DNA of 64,000 nt. Source: Klebsormidium nitens. Taxonomy: Eukaryota; Plantae; Klebsormidiophyceae. Made by a program: the position numbers and the translations under genes. The stretch's first letter is position 1, and each line of letters starts with the position of its first letter. Location: positions 62,001-126,000 of the forward strand of contig DF237066.1 of NCBI GenBank assembly GCA_000708835.1, given 5' to 3'. Shown one piece after another: positions 1 through 10,096 of the stretch. The notes beneath the pieces are model-generated. The model saw only the letters and a list, made by a program, of their open reading frames with translations, searched no databases and had not been told where the DNA came from.

Positions 1-123
1 AAAGAGTCTACAGAAACGGTCATTTAGTAGAGCCTCGGTGCCTCAAGCTCATTCTGTGAAGGAAACGGAAACCGCTTTTCGAAAAATGGAAACTTCAATG
101 TCGGACAGGGTGCGGACGCTCAC

Positions 124-3100
124 CCCAGTGGTTGTCGGACGGCTCCCTCCTGCGGCTCTGCTCTCGCATCGCCTTCTGCCGGGCCTTTTGGGCGTCCGCA
201 ATCTGCTTCGCGGTCAGCGGCACAAAGTCGAGCTGCGCTTGCGCCAGGCACGCGTTCAGGAGGAGCGCCAGGGAGACGTGCTCGCTCGGTTGGATCTGGC
301 AAAAGGAGAAAAGTACGTGGTTTGCAGGCGTCCGAATGTGTCCAATTTTGTCTTTCAAAGGGTCCGAGCGCGTCCTAANNNNNNNNNNNNNNNNNNNNNN
401 NNNNNNNNNNNNNNNNNNNNNNNNNNNNNNNNNNNNNNNNNNNNNNNNNNNNNNNNNNNNNNNNNNNNNNNNNNNNNNNNNNNNNNNNNNNNNNNNNNNN
501 NNNNNNNNNNNNNNNNNNNNNNNNNNNNNNNNNNNNNNNNNNNNNNNNNNNNNNNNNNNNNNNNNNNNNNNNNNNNNNNNNNNNNNNNNNNNNNNNNNNN
601 NNNNNNNNNNNNNNNNNNNNNNNNNNNNNNNNNNNNNNNNNNNNNNNNNNNNNNNNNNNNNNNNNNNNNNNNNNNNNNNNNNNNNNNNNNNNNNNNNNNN
701 NNNNNNNNNNNNNNNNNNNNNNNNNNNNNNNNNNNNNNNNNNNNNNNNNNNNNNNNNNNNNNNNNNNNNNNNNNNNNNNNNNNNNNNNNNNNNNNNNNNN
801 NNNNNNNNNNNNNNNNNNNNNNNNNNNNNNNNNNNNNNNNNNNNNNNNNNNNNNNNNNNNNNNNNNNNNNNNNNNNNNNNNNNNNNNNNNNNNNNNNNNN
901 NNNNNNNNNNNNNNNNNNNNNNNNNNNNNNNNNNNNNNNNNNNNNNNNNNNNNNNNNNNNNNNNNNNNNNNNNNNNNNNNNNNNNNNNNNNNNNNNNNNN
1001 NNNNAGGACGTGGTCGTTCGGTTGGACCTGGCAGTAGGGAGAAGTACAGGGTTCATAAGCGTCCAGAAGTTTCCGATGCTGTCTTTTCGAAGGGTCCGAC
1101 CGCGTCCAAAATAACGTCCGAGCGCTTGCGCAAGGGCGTTCAGGAAAGCGCCAAGAAGACGTGCTCGCTCGGTTGGAACTGGGAAGGAGAGGAAACAACG
1201 CGCGAGTAAGAAAGCGTCCGAACGCGTCCGGTTTCTGATTGGAAGTGTCCAGAAGCGTTTCGATTTTCAGTGTCCGTCTGCGCTTGCGGCAGGCACGCGT
1301 TCAGGAAGAAGCGCCAGGGAGCCGTACTCGCTCGGTTGGACCTGGAGGGAAGAATCACAATAGGTTATTGATAAGTGTCACGAAAACTTCTCTGTGACCA
1401 TACCGTCCGGAGCTCGGTTGGACCTGACAACAGGGACATGACACAATTTCAACAGATGTCCGCATTCCCTTTGGAAATGTGTAAGAGCGTCCAATCAGAA
1501 AGAGCATAATCCGAACTACAAGATGAGAATGAGGAAAGATGTGACCGCAAAGTGGTGGCGACTGGGCAAAACCGGCTACACGCAATAGCAGCTGCGATCA
1601 CTGACACGATCGGAGTGGGCATAGGAACTAGCAAAGTTGAGGAGTCGTTCTACGCTTGGCACAGGAGGAGCGCCAGAGACACGTACTCGCTCCCTACATG
1701 CGGAAACGGGAGAGAGGTCATCCGCGAGCCTGTACACGTCTGAAACGACCGCCGGACTTTTGTAGTGGACCTGAAAGCACAGAAGAAGCCAAGCAGCAAA
1801 GGCCAGGGAAGAAATACTCGCTCGAACAGGACTAGAAGACACATGTTCTAAATGAACCACTCAAGCTGGTCGCAACTTTCTGGATGTTCAAACACTGATT
1901 AGACCCTACAGAAAGTATTCTCCTTAGAACCTCACCTCAGCGATGCCCCGTTTGAAGTTGATCAGCGCGGTCGCCTTGCCGTGCGGCTGGTCCTCCGTGT
2001 ACCGCACCAGTGTGAAAAAGCCGTCCTCTTCGGCAAGAGGGGCGCCGGGAACGGCGTACTGGTAGTGACGCCCCGCGAAGAGGGCCACCTGAGGATGGAA
2101 CAATTGGGAGATTGTATCCTCAGCTATCCGGGGGTTGCGAAGTTCAGCAAGAAAGGAGCCGTGTCCAGCAATTGGCTTCAAATCAAGCCTGTCATCTACA
2201 AATTGGCTCATTGATCTTTCACTTCCTTGGCTAGCCTTCGTTAGTGAGCCAATGTTTCCTCAGGGAATTCATCTGTAGCAGATGATTTGTTCCTCCTCAA
2301 CGAAAAGATTATCGAGAGATGCTTCCTCAGCCGACCCATTTGACTTCAAAAAAATAATGCGAAATGCTTGAAGGCCGACTTGATCAACGATGGAAGAATC
2401 CAGAAAAGCCCCTAACAGAGACGATCATGCAGAACACAGTCCAAAAGGTATGCAATCCCGAAACTCGTAATCTTGTAGACGAACAGGCAGGGATGCCCCG
2501 CGACTCGGGCTACTTGCTAGGTTCTTTGGCAAAATTGTTTGAAGGGATGCGTTCGCCACTTAGTTGCTGATATGTAAGCCCATCAGGGCACCCTTAAATA
2601 TATCGCCGTCCTAAGAGGATGGCACACCGATGAAAACGCCCAGTGAAGAAGGTGCCCCGCGTTTGATAGGCCGTCGTGCCGTCAGACTTGCGTACCTATC
2701 CCAGCTTCAAAGATTTTCGGGTCCCGGAACAGAGGGTTACTCGTTAAGCAACTCACAGGCGTGCAGTTGTACCCGATCAAAGTGGCCGTTAACCGCCCGC
2801 TAACCGGCTCCCGCCGCACTTCGAGGCTGTAGGAAGCCCTGCCCCATGGGTCCTGGCTGACGTAAGCCTTGCGCTGGCTGACGCGAGCACTGGTGCTTGG
2901 CTCCACGTACCGGATGCTCGCGTGCCAAGCGGTGGGAGTGAAGCTCGTCTCAATGGCCTTTGCATTCATGTCGTCACCTGCAGAGAAGACCGGACCGAGC
3001 TTTGAAAGCGGAAGCTTTCCTCCCCCTTCTACGTAACAGTGGGTATGCGTGCTTTTGCTGTCCTGGCGCGAACGTCCCGTTCGGACGCACTATTTGCAGA

Positions 3101-6100
3101 TTTGAGATTTTGAATTTGAGAAGCTTGCCCCTTGAACAGTGGGTAGGCATGCAACAGGTGCTGGCGCTTTTGGAGAATCTGGACCGTCGACTGTCAAGCT
3201 TCTCAGCAGCCCACGTCCCTTCGTTCAGATCGAAGGAACATTCTTACGTCAGGAAATGTAAACGTTATAAAGCTCTAATTCGGGACGGGCTCAGACCCTC
3301 AAGTTTCAGATTGGGGTTTTGAGAAACTTGCCTCGTCCCGTGAACAGTGGGTACGCGTGCAACCGGTGCTGACGGGATCCTGCGGAAACGTCCGTCGGCG
3401 TCTCGCCCGTGCTCCGGAGAAACTTGCCCGATTTGGCCCTGGGAGAAGCGATCATACGACACGTGTCACAAAGCCATTGAACAAGAATGTGGAAGAAGCG
3501 ACAAGAAAGCCACTCTGAATGCCAAGGAACGCCGTACCGATTGATTGGGCTTCTTTCGCCGCAGATTAGTGTGCTTCCTAATTTGCAAAAATTGGACATT
3601 TTGGTTCGCAGAAAGCAGCTATAACAATCTCCGAGACCCTTTGGGAAGATTCACTTCGAGTCCACTCCCATCGGGGGGTGGAACCGGAAAGGTTGTTTCG
3701 GACGAACAACCCGAGCTTGCTGAGATGCAAAGGGAACAAACATCGTCGACACGACGAAACACACAGGAAATTCTGGCCCGTAACTTTGGATGTTTATAGG
3801 CTAGCTCTTTATGGGCTAGCTAAAAAGTGGTTGATTGTCCGATAACCAGGAATGGGCTGTAACCAGCCTTGGAAAGAGGTTCGAGCCCGGTTAATTGTCC
3901 AATAAACCGAGAATGAGTCTGATAATCAGCCTGGTTAGCAGCCAAAATCTGCTGTGACACTTACTGCGTCCTCAGAACGGCAACCGGTTTCCCCGCATGG
4001 TCCATCACGTTCCGGGTCGCCCAACGGCCGCTCTGCCCCCCCGTAGAGTAACTGTACGCGTACCGGGAAAACTCGCTTCCGTCATCCACAGTCGCTTTCT
4101 CGGTCGGGAGAGTCCTCAAAAGGTACGGTCCCTGGAATGGGGGGGTGATGGAGACGGCGAGTTGCAGGGAGGGGGCCTTTTCGGAATCCCCCCGGGAGGA
4201 AGGCGCGGGACCCCCGCGTTTTGAAGTGAGGGGGTACGTACCGGCCAGGGAGAACCCGGGCTTGGCGCTGACGTCGGACCAGGGGATGCGGACGATGCCG
4301 AGAGTCTTGTCGGACCTGGGTGGTTGGAGGGGTTTGATAGTTTGAGGTTTTAGGGGTTTAGGAATCCAGGGTTTGAAGAAACTGGGGGTGTAGGGGTTCA
4401 CTGAACAACAAGCGTGCTAAACTATACTGTCAACAACAGAAAAGCGGTTGAATCTGAAAGGTCCCGGTGATCATTTGCCTAGCTGAAAAATGGGCAAGAC
4501 GAGAAAGAAGGGACGTCAAGGACACGAATCCTATAAAAATGAAGTTTTCAGCAGCAATCATACCTGTAGCGTGCTCGATCCTCGGATCGACCAGCCCACT
4601 CAGAAAGGACCAAAATCTGTAGAAAGGGTACTCTGGTGGGCTTCTCAAACCCGACGCCCGCATTACAGGATCGATGCGAATTTAACAAATCGAAATCCTT
4701 AACCCGAAACGGAGACTATTTTCAGAGACAAGACTGAATTTTAGCAGATAGATTCTCAAGAGCATTTTTGGGCAGAGTGAATCTGCAGAGAATGGATAGA
4801 GGAGGAGGATTCGTTGGAAGTACTGAGGCGTACCTGATCTTTGCGAAACGGCCCGCCGGCCGCTTCCGCACTTCGAAAGCCAGCCCCTGCGTGTCCATCT
4901 CCGCTTGGAGCATCGCCACGTGTCCCCCCCATTCACACCGTCCGGTTCCGTTGTCCGAATCCACATCCGGCGTCCGCATAAAGTACTGCGGCGCGCGGGC
5001 GGTCGGTTTAACCCGCACGTAAACCTGGCCCTTGTGTTGACCCAGGTGGTTAGCCCCGAGCACTGTCACGCAGACCTGGAAAACCATGCGGTGGGTTAGC
5101 AAACCCGCGAGCGCCCGGTTGGCTGTCCCGGGTGCGAGGTCCGCGGCGGGAATGCCGAGCGCCGCGGGGGCTTGCGACGGGTTTGCGAAGGGTTTGCCGG
5201 GGGTTTGGAAGGGTTTGGAGGGGGTTTGCGGGGGTTTGGGCGGTTCGCCGAGGTAGAGCGTCCCGGCGCGCTCGTAAGGCAGGCCGTACAGTTGCTGCCA
5301 CGCGTCGGCTGTTGAACGGTACGAAGCGTCCAACTTGGCGCCAGGGCTACGGTCCGAGTCCCTGCGGACGTTCGAATTGAGAGTGTTATCTTCAGAGGTG
5401 AGAAGGCTGAGATCATTCAGAAAGGCGACCTGTTTGTAGGACACACGTGCCTTTTCGCATGGTAGATAGCGTCCGAAACTTCTCCAGGGGCTGCGGTACG
5501 AATCCCTGGAACGTTCAGATTGGGTCGGTCAGTATTTCGACAACGAACTTGAGAGAATAAGAGACGTAGACACTGGTAGTTTTAAAGGACGGTCTGTGGC
5601 GTAGGGCAAAGCGTCCAGCTCTGCGCCAGGGCTAAAGTCCGGATCCCTGCGGACGTCCGGATTGGTAAGGCTCAGAAGTCTACAAGTATCACTTGCAAGT
5701 TGCGGATCAATCTTAATCCCACATTAGACTCAAGCGAGGATACCTCGTACTTTGAACCGTGATGAGAGACATTCGCAAACATTCTCTCACGTAGTAACCC
5801 TCACAACGCTAGACAAACATTGAACCTTCTTTCACAAATCTCCACAGCGCCAAAAGCAGTGCGGAGAAATCTGCCGAGATGGATATCTTGAGTTGAGTAA
5901 ATGGAGCCTGGCAACGAAAGGACCTGCGATGAACAGTTGGCTGATCCACGTGCCCTCAACCTTCATTCTCGGAAATACCACAACAGACTTGGCACTAGCT
6001 AGGATCAGCATGTTGGCTTTACTTTCCTACTTGCTGCGCGAGTGTGCAACTAGAGAAGAGAGCCACTGGGAAAACTTCAAGCATAGAGAAGAACGAAAGG

Positions 6101-9016
6101 GACGTCAGCAAGCAAACAAAAAGGCAAACAGACATCCGAACAGAGACTGAGTGAATTCAATCGCCGCTTCACACTCACTTGTCGTCGTGGTCGATGATAC
6201 GGCCCATAAGCTGCTGGCAGTCGGCGGCATAAGCGCACGGGCACAGCTGGTGCGCGTGCCACATGAGGTCGATATCGTATGTGGGCACGCAGAAGAGCTT
6301 GCTCCCGCGAGACGCGCGCATCAGATGTAGGAACAGGTGGTAGCGCTCCAGGCTGCCTTGCAGGTACTGCGTGTCCTGTACAAGAAGAGTTTCCTCGTCT
6401 TAAGGTGGAGGTCTTGTAATGATTGAGTTGAGAAACGCATTGTCGAATAAGCTCGCTCCCAGCGTGGACTTGCGCACCAGGTGAATGAACAGGCGGCAGC
6501 GCTCTGGGCTGATTGCGGATCTTGAGTGTCCTTTTTGAGAAAGATCTTACAGTCTCAAGGTCGTAGGACTTGACAGATCTGAGAGAGGCTCCTTGAGAAA
6601 ACTTTCCGCGGCGGATGAGTCCGGCTGCAGGAAGTCGCATTGTAATTGAGAGTGAGGCGGTTCCCCTCCAGCTACTGTTGAAGTACTGCTTTCTGTGCAA
6701 TGAAGCGAGCCTCGGAAGCCAGTGTTACAGAGCCGACGGTGCTTGGGGTTCAGCACTGAGGCCAGCCATCCTGATATCTGTAGATCTTATCGTAAGAAAG
6801 ACGCAATTCAGCAATCCAACAGTCAGACACTGGGCAAGCAAGGGACACGGAAGTGGGAACAAGCTGGAGGGATAAACAAGCAAGCTTTGCATTCAACCAG
6901 AGGCGCCTAGGATCTCACCAGGAACCCGGGCCGATTGACCTGGTAGTAGAACGACTTCTGGCGGTCCATTGCTGCCACGATACTGGCCTCGCTTTCCAGA
7001 TCGACGGCTCTCCTCGCATCCCCCCCCAATGTGAGAAGGTCCCAGGATTCGTCGGGAAACTCTGCAGACCACAGAGCCTTGGTAGAGCTGAGGGCGGTTG
7101 ACTCGTCTGCAATGAGGGGGTGGTCCAGGACCCCCCCGAAACGCTTCTGGCAGTACTTGGCGTAGGCGACCTGGGGGGAAAAATACTTTGATGTGAATAT
7201 GATGTGAAAAATGGGGTGAATATGGTATGATATGGTGCGAGTATGGTGTTGAATATGGGGTGAATGTGGTATGATATGGTGTGACTATGGTGTGAATATG
7301 GGGGGGGTGAAAAAGGGTGACGTGGAGTCGATGTGGACATGGGGCAGAACAGCTGGTTTGCGAGGGTCAGAAGGCGTCTACCTCAGTCCTGAAATCTCGA
7401 AGTTCGAAAAGGCAGAGCTAACGCCACCAATCAGTGCAATTTGCTGTCTGTGGCATCACCTTTTCGATATCAAGGGAAGACTGCAGGTTCGAATGTCAAG
7501 TATTGAAGCTTGAAGGTGCTAGCTTGCTCCAATGGTTCTTGGAAGAAAAGAGAAATACCTAGTTGCATCCTCTTCATGCGAGATTAGGAACAAACGTGTG
7601 GCCCACCGGATCAAGCATGTGACAGTGCCAGGCCCAGTGCACGTCCAGGGGGGGAAGCAGGTGCGAATTGGCACCGTGCTTGGCCAACAGAGGCAGCCAG
7701 CAGTCCAGGTACCTACAAAACAGAGACAACGATTTGTCAATCGGGTGTGAATTGTCAAACTTGCTTATGAATGCCAAGAAGTGCGTTTTTGCCGGAGGAA
7801 GGAGGTGTGAATTGGCTCCGTGCAAGGCCAGGAGAGGCAGACAGCAGTCCAGGTTCCTACAAATCATGATAAGATTTGTTAGTCAAGTCTGCAAGCACTG
7901 TCGAGCTTGCTTGATCCTGCTCTAGACATGCTCTGTCTCCAGAACAGAAGCAGGTGTGATTTGGCACCGTGCTTGTCTAGAAGACTCTTGAGTACCTGCG
8001 GAAGGGGTGTTGAGCACATTTTCAGTCAGGTCTAGATTCAACGTCAATAATCACTCAGCATCTTCTGGAGACTGCTATCTTGGCAATGAACAAGCAGGTG
8101 TGGGTTGACTTGGTGCTCTGGCAAGAGGGCCAACCGGGCCCTTGAATTACAGAAAGGAAGCACGCTTTGTTTCTGAGTCAAGAGGATATATTTCTTTCCT
8201 TGGGTGAATGAACTTCTCTGTAGAATAATTGGCTCTCTGGAGAAAGGCGTCCTGTCATTATCTTGAGGTGTAGTTGGCGAGGGTGGTACATCTTCAGGGA
8301 TGGTATGGTAAGGCAGAGTCTGAAGATAGGCTGGCCTGATACATGGTATGTTAGAAGGAAGCTGTTGCAAGAACAGAAGAGTTTGTGCTGAATGAGGGGA
8401 GAGTCCTGATTGCGTTTGTCTGGTCAAAGTCGACTGCCCCACGATGTTGAACAAACACAACAAGTTGGCCAGCACAGTCAGCTGTAAACTTGGTACCAAT
8501 GTGTTGCTAGAATGTTGAAGCAGCAGGATCAAACTGATTAAGGATGAATATCAAGCAAACAGGGTGATCCGAAGTTTCCTGCTACCATTCGACAGGTTTG
8601 CAAAAATCCTAACAAATGCAGGGTCCAACTTAAAGAGCTGGACTTTAGATCTCCTCAATCCTATGCAGACTCTCTCTCTTTGGCACCTGCCCCAGTTCCC
8701 TACCACAATGGTGAAACCTGAGCACAGACGCAACTTGAAAGGTCAGACTGCAAATGTGACAGAGCACTTGCCTAAACAAACCCTTTACTTGAAACAGATC
8801 GCACTCATGAATCACAACTTGAAGTCGCAAAGTTGCCAAGATGAAAGTCACTCACCTTCTGGCTGCTTGCTGTGCATTGAACTGTTGCTGTAGCTCAGGC
8901 GCCCTATCAACAGCCTCCAACAGAGCCACCTGTCTGCGTGCCGCCGCAATCAGATCAACAGACACCGGGATCGCCAAGGCAGCAGCCTTCTCCCGCTCCT
9001 GCCTGGCGGTGGCCAT
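124..9016 (-). CDS. GRDP1: Glycine-rich domain-containing protein (GRDP/DUF1399 family), 3' end beyond window
   Basis: Exons, with consistent phases: 8856-9016, 7607-7712, 6919-7170, 6179-6375, 4834-5361, 3965-4315, 3332-3438, 2757-2977, 1936-2088, 124-295. Motifs match plant GRDP1/2 as recalled: IPVSVDLIAAARRQ, YLDCWLPLLAKH, PPLDVHWAWHCHMLDP, RQKSFYYQV, FCVPTYDIDLMWHAHQL, DHDDKDSDRSPGAKLD, ALFAGRHYQY, GKATALINFK. The symbol is family-level (GRDP1/2-like). Confidence 0.9.
379..1004. other. Assembly gap (626 N)
   Basis: Run of N inside GRDP intron 9, flanked by tandem junction copies. Confidence 1.
1005..1835 (-). repeat. Degenerate tandem copies of GRDP exon 10 acceptor plus exon start
   Basis: The real junction reads TTTTGCCAG|ATCCAACCGAGCGAGCACGTC (exon starts at 295). 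Copies lie at ~1005-1030, 1130-1185, 1285-1345, 1405-1430, 1660-1695 and 1790-1835. Confidence 0.85.
3030..3190 (-). repeat. Echo copies of GRDP exon 7 3' end
   Basis: GAACAGTGGGTACGCGTGCAACCGGTGCTG (~3341) recurs as GAACAGTGGGTAGGCATGCAACAGGTGCTG (~3135) and AACAGTGGGTATGCGTGC (~3035). Confidence 0.7.
5470..5660 (-). repeat. Two echo copies of GRDP exon 5 acceptor/start
   Basis: GCGTCCAACTTGGCGCCAGGGCTACGGTCCGAGTCCCTGCGGACGTTCG (5326-5374) recurs in degraded form at ~5612-5660 and ~5470-5520. Confidence 0.75.
7188..7320. repeat. Low-complexity (ATATGGTGTGA-like) tandem repeat in GRDP intron 2
   Basis: Repeated TGAATATGG/GATATGGTG units just upstream of the exon 3 acceptor. Confidence 0.7.
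7790..8130 (-). repeat. Three echo copies of GRDP exon 2 acceptor/start
   Basis: GCAGGTGCGAATTGGCACCGTGCTTGGCCAACAGAGG of exon 2 recurs at ~7800-7860, ~7945-8005 and ~8090-8130. ORF 7574..7867 shows the peptide twice (NLDCCLPLLALHGANSHLLPP / YLDCWLPLLAKHGANSHLLPP). Confidence 0.8.
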
Positions 9017-10096
9017 CTTGATGACTTGGCAAGTTTAGGTTGCTGATGTGGCAAGAAGCAGAGGCGCTGGGGAGGCGTGGAATTGGCTATGATAGCTTTG
9101 TTCGTGAACAATGATCAAGACCAACAGAACTTTTGAGAAGCTCTACTTAAAGGCTGGAGAGAAGATACTTTTGGCCACCTTTTTGAAGGCAAGCCGCCCT
9201 CTCTCAAGTCTCTGTTGACCATAAGCTCAGCCTGTGTCCTTTAAGACTTTAGTAAGCTGACCTCTTTTCTCGCTTTGAGGAGTTCCCCAGGGATCCCTGA
9301 ATCTCGAGTCTGCAATCCCGCACCTGCGATTCTGCACCTGCTGACCTGGCCAAGTTTTGCCAACTGGAACTTATCGACGGTATCAATGGCAAAGCGAGGT
9401 GTTATCGAACGGCCTATGTTGAACGGTATCCAGTCATTGGCAGAAGCGGGGAGCAGTGGATCTGGGCGCCACGGTTGCAGAATCTTTACAGGTATCGGAT
9501 GCATGCTGAGTCCCGGTTGACCTCAACATGCCGATTCCTATCCTACTCACAATCGTGATGACACACATCTTACACCTTGGTCATGGATCGAACCCGGGTG
9601 GTACGAATGGCCGGCATTAACTTATTCACTTAACTCGAAGCCATGCAGTGACGCGCGGCCAAATTTGCCTTTGTTCAATTCGAAAGCCTTCAATAGATGC
9701 TGTAGAAAGTGCACATATGCGGGACGCGGTTCTTGTAAAGAACTAATGGCATGAGCGATGGTAGCATGAACATGTTAACTCTATGACAGTGGCGGCAGTA
9801 AGGGCTCGAACCCGGCTAGCAGTCGTAGCCTGCGCAGACGCCAAGGAGGCCGACTTGCATAGGTACATGCATTGGTACATCATTGACTATGAACGGTGTT
9901 GACCAACCAATCAGGTGTAAGCATCAACGCGGCTTGGATTCGGGAACTCACAGTAGTCAATCATGTAAAAGGCCCGGTCCTCTTGTAAGTGTCCTATCGC
10001 AGCAGCTCAGTCATAAGTTGCTGGTCAAAACATTCATGCCCAACGTTGCCAATTACGCTGTACGAAGGCAGACGCATGCACACACATCCACTTCTT

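Noticed and set aside
38-1198. Long ORFs spanning 38-1198 in the ORF track
   Set aside because: They are artefacts of translating through the N gap. Only minus-strand 124-295 is a real exon.
7574-7867. Apparent internal protein repeat or mutually exclusive exon in GRDP
   Set aside because: The upstream copy is truncated and decayed with no donor, so it was treated as an echo.
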